Below are positions 18,902 through 29,156 of a DNA stretch of 60,961 nucleotides, in pieces. Origin of the DNA: an uncultured Candidatus Saccharibacteria bacterium (GTDB lineage: Bacteria > Patescibacteriota > Minisyncoccia > Phycocordibacterales > PALSA-1337). The notes under the pieces were generated by a model. It made no database searches. It worked only from the letters and a program-made list of their open reading frames with translations, and had not been told where the DNA came from. The position numbers and the translations under genes are program-made. The stretch is from assembly GCA_964565685.1 (NCBI GenBank), contig CAZMFR010000006.1:1-60961 (forward strand), written 5' to 3'. Numbering within the stretch: position 1 is the stretch's first letter; each line of letters begins with the position of its first letter.

Positions 18902-20431
18902 ATGTTTGCAAAAATCCTAGAACACAAGATAACTTTCATAGCCGGAACGATCCTCCTGATCGGCGTTTTGATAGTCGGCGGATATTTTGTCCTGCGCCCA
19001 ACAAGACAAAATTTGGCGACATCGCCGGTAACCGTCATGGATATACAGCAATCCGTGACTGCATCCGGCGACATAGATTCCGAACAAAACGTCTCCCTTT
19101 CTTTTGAAAACAACGCTATGGTAGGAGAGAGCGGCGGCACAGTCGCGGCAGTCAATGTCGCAGTCGGCGATCATGTCTACAAAGGCGAAGTGTTGGCTAG
19201 CATCGATAACAGCGATCTAGAAGCGCAATTGCAAGGAGCGCAAGCCGATGTCTTAGCAGCCCAAGCAAATTTGGCAACCTTGCAAAATGGCGCCACTCCG
19301 CAAACGCTGGCGGTTTACAATCAGGGCGTTTCCACCGCTTCCCTTGCCCTCTCCACTTCTATCGAAGACTCATATTTGAAAGCGGGAGACGCCATATTGA
19401 ACAAGAGCGATACCCTTTTCCAAAGCGGCACCAGCGCCAATCCGACCATCGTGATCCCTACTGATTCATATTCGATCGGTCTCGCCCTGAACAATGATCG
19501 CGTCGCGATTTCAACCAGATTAAGCCAATGGAAGGCGGATCTAGCCGCCAGCACGACCGCGAGCGATGCTCTCATATCCGAATCTTCAGACGATCTTTCT
19601 TTTATAAAAAACTTCCTCGATACATTGACGACAGAGACCACTCGATTGACTATCGGCAATTCTGGACTCTCGCAGGATCAGATCAGCGCGTATGTCGCGA
19701 CGATAAACGCCTCGGAGTCCGAGATCAACGGCGCTTTGTCTGAATTCAATTCAGCTGTCCAAGCTTACAAGACTTCAAATGACCAGCTCGCGGTCATAAC
19801 TGCCTCTAGTACGCCAGAAAATATACAGGCGGCGCAAGCCGAGGTCGCCAAAGCCGAGGCGAGCGTTTCAGCCATCGAAAGCCAGATCGCCGACGGGATA
19901 ATAACCGCGCCTTTCGACGGGATAGTGGCCAGCGTAAATCTAAAAGTCGGCGAGGCATACTCGGCGGCGGCACCAGCCATAGATCTGGTCAGCTCCGGAG
20001 ATTACAAGATCGACCTCATGATCCCGGAAAATCAGGTGGCAAACATAAGCGTAGGAGATCCGGTTGATCTCACTTTCACATCCAGCGCAGATTTAACAGC
20101 GACAGCCACAGTTTCTACGATCGATTTGGCTCCAACAGTGACGAACGGAGTCAGCGCTTACAAGACGACGCTATATTTGAGCGGATCTAATCCGAATATA
20201 CGCATAGGAATGACAGCCAACGCAACGATCCTCGGTCAGACAGTCGAGAACGTCCTGGCTGTTCCCTCTTCGGCCATCATATCCGAGAGCGATGGAAGCT
20301 TTGTGCTGGTAGATGGCGCAAACGGCTTGTTTGAAAAGCAAAAAATCGAAACAGGCGTATCGGATGGGAATTTTACGGAGATAAAGTCCGGTCTGTCGGC
20401 CGGAGAATTAGTAGCTACATTTGGAGAGTAA
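18902..20431 (+). CDS. Efflux periplasmic adaptor (HlyD/RND MFP family)
   Basis: N-terminal TM, lipoyl/barrel-sandwich halves around a long coiled coil, ITAPFDGIV, VLAVPSSAI. Confidence 0.85.
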   Translation: MFAKILEHKITFIAGTILLIGVLIVGGYFVLRPTRQNLATSPVTVMDIQQSVTASGDIDSEQNVSLSFENNAMVGESGGTVAAVNVAVGDHVYKGEVLASIDNSDLEAQLQGAQADVLAAQANLATLQNGATPQTLAVYNQGVSTASLALSTSIEDSYLKAGDAILNKSDTLFQSGTSANPTIVIPTDSYSIGLALNNDRVAISTRLSQWKADLAASTTASDALISESSDDLSFIKNFLDTLTTETTRLTIGNSGLSQDQISAYVATINASESEINGALSEFNSAVQAYKTSNDQLAVITASSTPENIQAAQAEVAKAEASVSAIESQIADGIITAPFDGIVASVNLKVGEAYSAAAPAIDLVSSGDYKIDLMIPENQVANISVGDPVDLTFTSSADLTATATVSTIDLAPTVTNGVSAYKTTLYLSGSNPNIRIGMTANATILGQTVENVLAVPSSAIISESDGSFVLVDGANGLFEKQKIETGVSDGNFTEIKSGLSAGELVATFGE

Positions 20432-20522
20432 AACACAAGATTTATGATTCGAGATTCAAGAAAAGCACAAAAAATCCGCGATTACATTCTTAAATCCTGA
20501 ATACTGAATCTATTCAAAAACC

Positions 20523-21224
20523 ATGACAAAAGAAGAACAAAAAATAGAACAAGAATTAAAGAAAGTGGAAACAGAATTAAAAAAGGACGAGCAAGAGATA
20601 AAGGAGACTGCTCGCCGCATATCGATGCGCGGCATCATAGCCCTCGTACTGATTTTGGCCGCGATCGGAGGCGGCATAGGAGCATATCTATTGGTCACTG
20701 ACAAAAGCGTCTACATAGAAAATTCGACCATCGAAGCCCCTGAAATAGACCTGGCCCCAACAACGCCTGGCATCCTTCAAAACATGTATGTAGAAGCCGG
20801 CGACACCGTTACGGCAAACGAAGTCGTTGCCCGCGTCGGAAATGAACTGATACAGACAAAGATAGCCGGATTGGTCACTATGGCAAATGCGAATATAGGT
20901 CAGCAATACGCCGCCGGTCAGACGGTTGTGGCAATGATAGATCCAACCGCTCTGCGCGTCGTCGGACAAATCGACGAGAATAAAGGCCTCAACCTCATTT
21001 CCGTCGGCCAATATGCCACATTCACAGTCGACGCTTTTGGATCGGAGAAATTTTCCGGTATAGTAGATGAAGTGAGCCCAGAAGCTCAATCTTCCGACGT
21101 GGTATTCCAGATTTCAGACAAACGCGAAGAGCAGATCTTTGACGTCAAGGTTCGTTTTGATACGACGCAATACCCTGATCTGAAAAACGGGATGTCAGCG
21201 AGATTGTGGGTGTATACGAAATAG
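20523..21224 (+). CDS. EmrA-like efflux adaptor
   Basis: TM anchor, barrel-sandwich, DLKNGMSA; upstream of a DHA2 MFS. Confidence 0.8.
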   Translation: MTKEEQKIEQELKKVETELKKDEQEIKETARRISMRGIIALVLILAAIGGGIGAYLLVTDKSVYIENSTIEAPEIDLAPTTPGILQNMYVEAGDTVTANEVVARVGNELIQTKIAGLVTMANANIGQQYAAGQTVVAMIDPTALRVVGQIDENKGLNLISVGQYATFTVDAFGSEKFSGIVDEVSPEAQSSDVVFQISDKREEQIFDVKVRFDTTQYPDLKNGMSARLWVYTK

Positions 21225-21410
21225 TCAGAAACCAAAACTCAAGGAATAAGATCTGTGATTTAAGAATGAATTGGGGAATGAATAGAAACATTTTCGGAAA
21301 GGATTCTCGGAGCGCGATGGCACGAGAGCAAGACGCATGACGAGCACGCGATGACGGCGTGCCCTAACAGAGATGTTCCTATTCTTTCACAAAGATTGAA
21401 TTAAATTTAA

Positions 21411-22928
21411 ATGACTTCAACTCCAACAACCGAAAAAAGCTCCATAAAATGGCTCGTGCTCTTGACCGTCATTATCGGTACCTTCCTGGGCAGACTCGAC
21501 CAGACTATCGTCAATCTAGCTATTCCAAAGATCATAAACGACTATGGCATCACTATCACGGCCGCCAGTTGGATCGCCACGGCTTATATAATCGCTAACG
21601 CGGTATTCGTGCCTATATGGGGCAAGCTAGGCGACACGATCGGACGCAAGAAAGTCTATATCTTAGGATTCACCATATTCATCATTGGATCGGTTTTAGC
21701 CAGCATGGCATGGAATCTTAGCTCGATGATCGTTTTTCGCATAATACAGGCGATCGCTGTCTCCGCAGATTATCCGACAGCCATGGCCATATTGACTGTC
21801 ACCTTCAAGGAAGGCAAGGAACGCGCGCAGGCCCTGGGCATATGGTCGTCCGCCTTCGCCGCGGCGTCAGTCTTTGGACCGCTCATAGGAGGGCCATTGA
21901 TCGATACTTTCGGCTGGAGATCCGTATTCTTCATCAACTTGCCCATCGGTCTCCTCGGCATATTCATGGCCTTGGCATATATACATGAATCAGTATCAGA
22001 TCGCGGCACAAAAAGATTCGACTGGTGGGGAGCCGCCTCTCTCGGCACTGCTCTGGCGTTTCTGGTCATGATATTAGACCAAGGCACTGATTGGGGTTGG
22101 ACATCCGCCACGGCTCTTCTTTCATACGCGATAATAATAGTATCCAGCGCCGCATTCTATTTCATTGAAAAGAATCATCCTGAACCGATCGTTGATTTTT
22201 CATTCTTCAAGAATCGTACCTTCAACGCCGCCCTCTTGAACAATTTCATCATATTCCTCGGCATGATGGGCAGCGTCTTTGCCATACCTATATTCGCTCA
22301 AACATTTCTCGGCATGGACGCGACGCAATCAGGCATGCTCTTCATCCCTATGGGCTTTTGCATGTTGATCGCCGCCATATTTCTCGGACGGCTTACGGCG
22401 AGATTATCGGTGCGATCGGCCATATTCTGGAGCACTGCCGGATGTGCTGGGGCTTTTTATTACCTATCATATATCGATCCTCGTTCGACGGCATTAGATA
22501 TCATCATACCGCTCGTTATCATGGCCCTTTTCATGGGTTCGGCCATGGCCCAGAGAACCAGCATCATCGCATCATCCGTGCCTCGTTCCGAGATCGGCGT
22601 CGCTTCTTCTGTCCTTGCCCTAGTACGAAATATCGGCGGCGCTTTTGGCATAGCTATATTCGGCACGTTGCTCAATAGCTTGACGGAAAGCAACGCCCTC
22701 GCCCTTGCAAAAAATAGCATCATCCACGCAGTAACTCCGGCACAGCATGCGACTGTCATAGCGTTGATCGAACTGAAAGCCCAGGTAATGGCTTATTCGC
22801 AAATCGACGGCTTTGCCGCTGTCGTCGTATTGATCGGCACTTTTTCTGTCTTTCTCATGAGAACACCAAAAAAAACGGCGGCTCTATCGCAAGAAGAGCA
22901 AGAAGAGTTAGCCATGGCAGAGGCGTGA
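21411..22928 (+). CDS. DHA2-family MFS efflux pump (EmrB/QacA-like)
   Basis: LDQTIVNLAIP, GKLGDTIGRK, FGWRSVFFINLPIG, FD.WG motifs. Confidence 0.92.
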   Translation: MTSTPTTEKSSIKWLVLLTVIIGTFLGRLDQTIVNLAIPKIINDYGITITAASWIATAYIIANAVFVPIWGKLGDTIGRKKVYILGFTIFIIGSVLASMAWNLSSMIVFRIIQAIAVSADYPTAMAILTVTFKEGKERAQALGIWSSAFAAASVFGPLIGGPLIDTFGWRSVFFINLPIGLLGIFMALAYIHESVSDRGTKRFDWWGAASLGTALAFLVMILDQGTDWGWTSATALLSYAIIIVSSAAFYFIEKNHPEPIVDFSFFKNRTFNAALLNNFIIFLGMMGSVFAIPIFAQTFLGMDATQSGMLFIPMGFCMLIAAIFLGRLTARLSVRSAIFWSTAGCAGAFYYLSYIDPRSTALDIIIPLVIMALFMGSAMAQRTSIIASSVPRSEIGVASSVLALVRNIGGAFGIAIFGTLLNSLTESNALALAKNSIIHAVTPAQHATVIALIELKAQVMAYSQIDGFAAVVVLIGTFSVFLMRTPKKTAALSQEEQEELAMAEA

Positions 22929-23005
22929 TGACTACAAGATTTCAAGCAAACTATTCGAGAAATAGAGCAGGATGCCGGTAATGATGAACGAAATTGTTAT
23001 GAGAA

Positions 23006-23029
23006 AAAGGGCGCCTATGCGCCCTTTTT
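23006..23029. terminator. Bidirectional terminator hairpin
   Basis: AAAAGGGCGC-ctat-GCGCCCTTTT between convergent genes. Confidence 0.75.
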
Positions 23030-23052
23030 TCATTCCAAGATCGGATCTTGGA

Positions 23053-23910
23053 TTACTGCGTCGTTGTCGAGGCGGTTGTCGATGAAGTCGAATTGTCTGT
23101 CGAAAGACTCAGCGAGCCCTTTATTATGTTGACTATCGTAGTGACGTCTTTACGGGCGGCGGTGATATCGGTTGTAGCGGTCTTTATGTCTGCTTGGGCG
23201 CTCTTCAGAGCGGCAGTGTTTGCCTTTAATGTGCTCGTGGCGCCTTGGTCTGGTTGCAATCCTGAAACTAGAGAGATAGCGGCATTGGCTTGCGTTCCAG
23301 CATCGGCTATCTTTGCTGTTATGTCTGCCATAGCTGAGGATGCGGATGATACATTCGTGCCGTTCGATTGGGCAGTAGCAATGTATCCCTGGAGTTTCGT
23401 CGATAAAGCGTTGAAATCATTGATCAGATCGAGGGCTCGGTCCGCTGCGGCTATTATAGAGGATTGTGGCAAAACAAGCGCATATACGCGATATGATTCC
23501 GTTATCGATTGAAAATCTGTCTTTATGGTCGAAGTAGACGTATCAGCATCGATCGAGCCCTTTAGCGAGGTCAGGTTGGCGATCTCGGTTTGAATAGATG
23601 AGGATAGACTGGCTTCGTCGCTGGACGAGATGTTCTTCATAGATTCTACGCGCGATAACAGCTGATTTAGAGCGTTGACGCGGTTTGATATTTCCGTATC
23701 AGAACGGCCTTGGATATTGGCGATCTTTTGTTGAGATGTCATGCGTGTAGTGCTGGCTATGCGCATATGCATTCCAGACGTAGTGCTTGCTAGATGGGTT
23801 CCGAGACGCATACGGATTGCCGTTGTGCCCACTTTGGCTGAAGCGGAAAAAGCTAGAGCAAGAGAAACGGCTCCAATAATGCTCGATATGATGATTTTAT
23901 TTTTAGGCAT
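23053..23910 (-). CDS. Secreted alpha-helical, Ser/Thr/Ala-rich hypothetical protein
   Basis: Signal peptide and coiled-coil-like heptads. Confidence 0.75.
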   Translation of the reverse strand: MPKNKIIISSIIGAVSLALAFSASAKVGTTAIRMRLGTHLASTTSGMHMRIASTTRMTSQQKIANIQGRSDTEISNRVNALNQLLSRVESMKNISSSDEASLSSSIQTEIANLTSLKGSIDADTSTSTIKTDFQSITESYRVYALVLPQSSIIAAADRALDLINDFNALSTKLQGYIATAQSNGTNVSSASSAMADITAKIADAGTQANAAISLVSGLQPDQGATSTLKANTAALKSAQADIKTATTDITAARKDVTTIVNIIKGSLSLSTDNSTSSTTASTTTQ

Positions 23911-23934
23911 GGTTTTAATGTATGGATTAGAAGC

Positions 23935-24222
23935 TTATTGCGTAACGCTCGATGAAGCGACGCTCGAATTTACATCGGTATTATCCTGATTCAACCCGTT
24001 AAGCTGGCTGTCGATCGAATTGAGATCAGAACTGATAGACGATGATGCTGTTATATCAGACGTAGAGCTGGCGTTTGTTTCAACTGTAGCTGGCGTACTG
24101 GATGCAACAGTCTCGGTTAGAGTGACAGACGATGACGAAGATTTTCCTGCAATCCACCAAATGACCCAAATGATTATTATGACTAGTATCACACTGACTA
24201 CTGCCTTTCCTGTTTTTGACAT
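23935..24222 (-). CDS. Small membrane-anchored Ser/Thr-rich protein
   Basis: Single N-terminal TM and low-complexity tail; operonic with the previous gene. Confidence 0.65.
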   Translation of the reverse strand: MSKTGKAVVSVILVIIIIWVIWWIAGKSSSSSVTLTETVASSTPATVETNASSTSDITASSSISSDLNSIDSQLNGLNQDNTDVNSSVASSSVTQ

Positions 24223-24448
24223 TTTAATTTTAAATTATGCTAATAAAAGTTTTGGCAAGCTGCGAGACGTCTGGAGCTTGAACCAAGGTTTGGTAGACAT
24301 GCATTATAGCATTTTTTGAGAAAAGCGGCCATGTGGATAAAAAATACTTTTTATCATATATTTAATATATAATTGGCATGTTCTAGAAGCCAGTTTTGTG
24401 GGACATCGTGCTACAGTGCGATATCTAACGATAATTTGATCATCAAAA

Positions 24449-25105
24449 ATGAAGAAAAACTACAAATCATACCTTTCGAACAGACGATTCGTACTATCGT
24501 GCATCGTCAGCATCGCCTTTTTGGCTTTAGCTTTCGTCACAAATTATTATGCCAGCGTCTATGCCACAGATAGCGCTTCAAATCCTGTCAACGATATCAT
24601 TCTCAGCAATATCCCTGTTTTTGACGTCGACGGGATATTTGTCTTTGGACCTTTCATTTTTTGGGCTTTCATTTTTTTACTTTGCGTCCACCGACCGCAG
24701 AGGGTGCCGTTTTTGGCAAAAAGCATAGCCATCTTTGTAATAATCCGCGCTGGTTTCGTCACATTGACTCATATAGGTCCATTTCCATATCAAGTGCCGA
24801 TCAATTACAACTCTGATTGGATCTGGTGGCTATCCCAAGGCGGCGATCTGTTTTTCTCGGCCCATACAGGATTGCCGTATCTGATGGCTTTGATCTTTGG
24901 AGCATTGAACAAATGGTATTTTTACATTTTCACGGCCGTAGCGGTGTTTTTCGGCATCGTGGTCTTGCTCGGGCATCTGCACTATTCTATCGATGTCGCG
25001 GCGGCGTTCTTTATAACATACAGCATCTACAGTATAGCAATACGATGGTTCAAGAAAGACAAGGAGATCTTTGAGAAAGGGCTCCCCGCGTTGCCGACAG
25101 ATTAA
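24449..25105 (+). CDS. PAP2/sphingomyelin-synthase-like membrane protein
   Basis: DLFFSAHT and HYSIDV histidine motifs. Confidence 0.75.
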   Translation: MKKNYKSYLSNRRFVLSCIVSIAFLALAFVTNYYASVYATDSASNPVNDIILSNIPVFDVDGIFVFGPFIFWAFIFLLCVHRPQRVPFLAKSIAIFVIIRAGFVTLTHIGPFPYQVPINYNSDWIWWLSQGGDLFFSAHTGLPYLMALIFGALNKWYFYIFTAVAVFFGIVVLLGHLHYSIDVAAAFFITYSIYSIAIRWFKKDKEIFEKGLPALPTD

Positions 25106-25128
25106 AACCGAGGTGACATCTCGGTTTT

Positions 25129-26436
25129 TTAAATCTCGCTTATATCCCGAGGCGTGAATATGTTTATCGTCCATTCGAAGACGATCGAAAGGCGTTTTCT
25201 CCATGAATTGAACTTGAACAAATAGATTGTACGCCAGAGAAACCACATCAGACGACCGGAAGGATGCATGCCGAACATATCTCCTGCGGCTTGCCATGAG
25301 CCGAGGGAGATGAGCATGCCTTTTGATTTATAAGTAAAACTCGTCAAGTTTGGGAATGTCGTGCGATCTTGTTCACCTTTGATCAAAACTGAAATGTTTT
25401 TCGCTACGATTCTCGCTTCTTGCACAGCAGATTGGGCGAGCTGAGGAATCGGCGGCTCGCCGTCTCTTGTCGGAAGGATGGCCGCATCTCCTAGCGCAAA
25501 GCAATCCGCATATCCTTCGACTTGCAAAAAATCGTTGACCATCAAACGGCCGTTTTTATGCAATCGCATCTTCCCTTTCATTTCCGGCAGAGAAGCTTCT
25601 ACACCCGCTACCCAAACGATCGTTCCCGCAGGCAGAAAACGTGTTTTTGCTGCACCGATCTTTGAATTATCTCTCATATCGACGCCGATGGCGGAGACCC
25701 TTATAACAGCAGTATTGAGAAGTATCTCGATGCCTTTTTCTCTTAGAACGGACAGAGCTTTCGCACGGACTTCCGGCGAGAATTGCGGCACCAGATCGTT
25801 GCCGGAAGCGATCAGAGTTATAGAGATCTCATGCGCAGAAAGAGCGGAGGCATAATACGACTTTGCAACTTGGAATATGAATTCGGCCAGCTCTATGGTC
25901 AACTCCACCCCGGTCGGACCGGCGCCGACGATGATAAAAGAAAGCAAGTTCTTTCGTTCATTTTGATCGTCCGTATGCGAGGCCGTCTTGATAGATTCGA
26001 TTATCCGTTTGCGCAAAGCTACAGCATCAGGCAAGGTCTTTAATTTTAGAGTGAATTCAGCTACGCCAGGAATATCGTATGTATTCGTCTCTGCGCCAGA
26101 GGAGACGACAAGATAATCATAAGAAAAAGCGCGCATATCCGTTTCGACAGTCTTGCCCTCAAAGTCCAAGGAATGCACTTCATTCTGAACAAAACGCACA
26201 TCCGTGCCGCGGAATATCTCGGCAATCGGTTCGGTCACTGATCTATTAGATAGCCCTCCAGTAGCCACTTCGTGCAAAAGAGGCGTGAATAGGAAATAAT
26301 TGTCGCGGCTGATGATCGTTATATCCGCCTCGTCATGGAGCTCGTGAACTAAATATCTGGCAGTATAGACACCGCCAAAGCCGGCGCCGATGACCAAGAT
26401 GTGTGGTTTTTTATGCGTGTATTTGTCCTGTTTCAT
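25129..26436 (-). CDS. ndh: Type II NADH dehydrogenase-family flavoprotein
   Basis: IGAGFGG, LFTPLLHEVATG, VGAGPTGVEL, FALGD, AQSAVQEA. Confidence 0.88.
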   Translation of the reverse strand: MKQDKYTHKKPHILVIGAGFGGVYTARYLVHELHDEADITIISRDNYFLFTPLLHEVATGGLSNRSVTEPIAEIFRGTDVRFVQNEVHSLDFEGKTVETDMRAFSYDYLVVSSGAETNTYDIPGVAEFTLKLKTLPDAVALRKRIIESIKTASHTDDQNERKNLLSFIIVGAGPTGVELTIELAEFIFQVAKSYYASALSAHEISITLIASGNDLVPQFSPEVRAKALSVLREKGIEILLNTAVIRVSAIGVDMRDNSKIGAAKTRFLPAGTIVWVAGVEASLPEMKGKMRLHKNGRLMVNDFLQVEGYADCFALGDAAILPTRDGEPPIPQLAQSAVQEARIVAKNISVLIKGEQDRTTFPNLTSFTYKSKGMLISLGSWQAAGDMFGMHPSGRLMWFLWRTIYLFKFNSWRKRLSIVFEWTINIFTPRDISEI

Positions 26437-26489
26437 CTCATTGATATTACTGTATTCATACCAAAGACGGTGCGCTCTACGGATAGGAT

Positions 26490-27251
26490 TTAAAGATTGG
26501 CGACGTGAATGGCTATATATAGGATACCTGCGCCGAGCACTGTCATCGCAGTAGTCAAAAATTTTGGGTGACCATGATAGCTTTCAGGAATGAGATCAGA
26601 AGCTCCTATATACAGAAAAAAACCTGAAAATACGGCGAGAATGATCGCAAGAGCGCTCTCTGGCAAAGTGAAGAATAGCGTTGAGATGACGCCGACTACT
26701 GGCGCCGCCGCGTCTACGATGAGCCAATGAAAAGCGCTCTGACCGGCGCCTTTGTTCTTTAGAATGAGATTGACGGTATTTATGCCGTCTGAAAAATCAT
26801 GGACCAAGACAGCAACGGCAACGATGGCTCCTATGGCCGCAGAAACTTGGAATGCCAGACCGATCGCTACACCATCTAGAAAGCTATGTATCGAGAGACT
26901 GCCAGCTCCTAGAGTGCCGCGGCGATGATGTGCGACCGGATCTCCGGCGGTCGGAAGTAGATGACCATCGTCATGGTCATTGATGTGAGCATGGAGAAAG
27001 ATCATTCTATCAAGCACGAGATATGTCAAAAAACCGAGCGCCACTATCGATGGTATGGTGGCCACAGCGTAATACTTGCTTCCGATATTTATCGCCTCCG
27101 GCATTAGGTCAAAGAAAGCCACAGCGATGACTGCTCCAGCAGAAAAGCCGAGTATGAGATGCAACTTATCCTTTAATTTCAAGGCGATAGAACCGCCGAT
27201 CAATGTCGAGCAGAATGTAGCGAGAGCGATTAAAATAACGAATGGATGCAT
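26490..27251 (-). CDS. ZIP-family metal transporter
   Basis: LGFSAGA, HSFLDG, HDFSDG, GFFLYIGASDLIPE. Confidence 0.88.
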   Translation of the reverse strand: MHPFVILIALATFCSTLIGGSIALKLKDKLHLILGFSAGAVIAVAFFDLMPEAINIGSKYYAVATIPSIVALGFLTYLVLDRMIFLHAHINDHDDGHLLPTAGDPVAHHRRGTLGAGSLSIHSFLDGVAIGLAFQVSAAIGAIVAVAVLVHDFSDGINTVNLILKNKGAGQSAFHWLIVDAAAPVVGVISTLFFTLPESALAIILAVFSGFFLYIGASDLIPESYHGHPKFLTTAMTVLGAGILYIAIHVANL

Positions 27252-27332
27252 GATTTTATTTCAATGATTTCTTTTGGATCAGGATTTTTCAGCTAATATA
27301 TTCGCCGGCAATTTATCTACGCGAACCAACCA

Positions 27333-27848
27333 TCACTGGAGCTCGGTAGCTACACATCCTGAATACGTAGAGGTGCCATTTTCTATGACAAAGGCAGTGT
27401 CGCCTCTCGTCCAAAACACAAAGCTCTCGTCTGCGTTCGCATAGCGCGCTCCGTCAGCAGAAATGACATGGGCAAGGACCATGCCTCGACCATCGCTCAG
27501 ATGTATATTAATGAAATTATCTTTTGGAAGATGGAATGTCGCCGCTATTTTTTTGCCGCCATCGCATGAATAAGTGTAAGCCGGCGATGATGTGGCAAGA
27601 TTTTCAGATATCTCTGCGGCTGTTTGCGTGCTCGTCGAAACAATACCTGTCTGGACTTCTGACGGCATCCTCCTACCGCCATGGTCATTCATTCCCCAGA
27701 TGATGAGCATGACTATTATTATCGTTACGACTATGGAGACCCAAAAGCGCTTGTCATTACGATTTGTAGAATCGCGATTCATCGAACCGTTGTTTGAATT
27801 GTGATTTGTCGAATTATTATTGGTATTGTTATGTGGATTATTATTCAT
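27333..27848 (-). CDS. Membrane-anchored MliC/PliC-type lysozyme inhibitor
   Basis: YSCDGG...ISADGARYAN...FWTRG, matching the MliC SGxxY motif region. Confidence 0.8.
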   Translation of the reverse strand: MNNNPHNNTNNNSTNHNSNNGSMNRDSTNRNDKRFWVSIVVTIIIVMLIIWGMNDHGGRRMPSEVQTGIVSTSTQTAAEISENLATSSPAYTYSCDGGKKIAATFHLPKDNFINIHLSDGRGMVLAHVISADGARYANADESFVFWTRGDTAFVIENGTSTYSGCVATELQ

Positions 27849-28017
27849 TGTAGTTATCGATTAAATGACCATTAGTGCTACGGCAAACAAGGCGACGTTC
27901 TATCATTGAGTGATAATTCTAGCGGACAGTATAACACGGGGAAATGACAATCTCCAAGCATTACTATAACTTCGTGACCACACTCATACAAACGATAGAT
28001 GTGGTACAATACAATTC

Positions 28018-28881
28018 ATGCTAACTTATCTACAAGCCATAGTTTTAGGTGCAGTGCAGGGCGTGAGCGAGCTCTTTCCGGTATCATCGCTCGGTCATAG
28101 CGTCATTTTACCGGCTATTTTTGGTTGGAACATAGATCAAGGCGCCGATTTTTTCTTGACCTTTTTGGTAGCGACCCATTTCGCTACAGCGCTCGTCCTA
28201 TTCGTTTATTTTTGGAAAGATTGGAAGAAGATCATTGTCGGCATTCTTCGCTCGATAAAGCGCATAACCATCGTCAATGATGCCGATGCACGGCTCGGTT
28301 GGCTATTGGTATTAGCCACTGTGCCGGCCGGATTGCTCGGGCTCATTTTTCAAAACAAACTACAGCAACTATTCGCATCGCCAAAATATGTTTCGATCTT
28401 TCTGATCTGCAATGGGCTCGTCCTTTTTGGTGCAGAATATTTGAGAAGGAAAAGACAAGCGACGATGGACATCCGAGATGCCAACAAGGACACAGAGCTC
28501 GCCAAGCTATCATGGATGGACAGTTTCAAGATAGGCATAGCCCAAGTCCTAGCTCTCATACCAGGATTTTCGCGTACCGGTTCGACTCTCGGCGGCGGAT
28601 TGCTCGTCGGCCTCAATCATGAGGAAGCCGCTAGATTCGCCTTCCTCCTCGCCACACCGATCATCGGCGCCGCGGCCGTCTTGAAGCTTCCCCATTTTCT
28701 CTTGCATATGCATTCATATCCGACTGGACCGATTTTTGTTGGCGCTATCTGTGCCGCCATCGGCGCTTGGCTTTCCATTAAATTTCTCTTGAGATATTTC
28801 AAGACAAAGACGCTCAATCCGTTCGCCATCTATTGCATCCTTGCCGGAGCCGTTAGCGCCGCACTCTTTTTCTTGAAATAA
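28018..28881 (+). CDS. uppP: Undecaprenyl-diphosphatase
   Basis: QGVSELFPVSSLGH, PGFSRTG, AARFAFLLATP. Confidence 0.95.
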   Translation: MLTYLQAIVLGAVQGVSELFPVSSLGHSVILPAIFGWNIDQGADFFLTFLVATHFATALVLFVYFWKDWKKIIVGILRSIKRITIVNDADARLGWLLVLATVPAGLLGLIFQNKLQQLFASPKYVSIFLICNGLVLFGAEYLRRKRQATMDIRDANKDTELAKLSWMDSFKIGIAQVLALIPGFSRTGSTLGGGLLVGLNHEEAARFAFLLATPIIGAAAVLKLPHFLLHMHSYPTGPIFVGAICAAIGAWLSIKFLLRYFKTKTLNPFAIYCILAGAVSAALFFLK

Positions 28882-28941
28882 TAACCTCCTACTACCCGCG
28901 CATGTTTGCCACGCTTGTGTGCGATGTTTCCTGCACTATCA

Positions 28942-29110
28942 AAATGACCTCCTCCCCTCAGTTCCTGCGGGGTTTCCTTTTGAGGCCGCTTCGCGAAGCA
29001 TTGCTCCGCTCGTCGGGCTCGCTCCGGATCCATTCATCCCCGCACTGCGGCTTGCTACTTCAAGCTCGAGCGACGCATCCTACGTGCGGGGTTTCCTGGA
29101 AAAGAAAAAC
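28942..29110. repeat. ~170-bp dispersed MITE-like repeat, copy 2
   Basis: Near-identical to 2891-3060 with a few substitutions; overlaps the hairpin AAAAACACTCCTT-aactt-AAGGAGTGTTTTT. Confidence 0.9.
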
Positions 29111-29156
29111 ACTCCTTAACTTAAGGAGTGTTTTTGTAGAAAAATCGATTGTTTGA

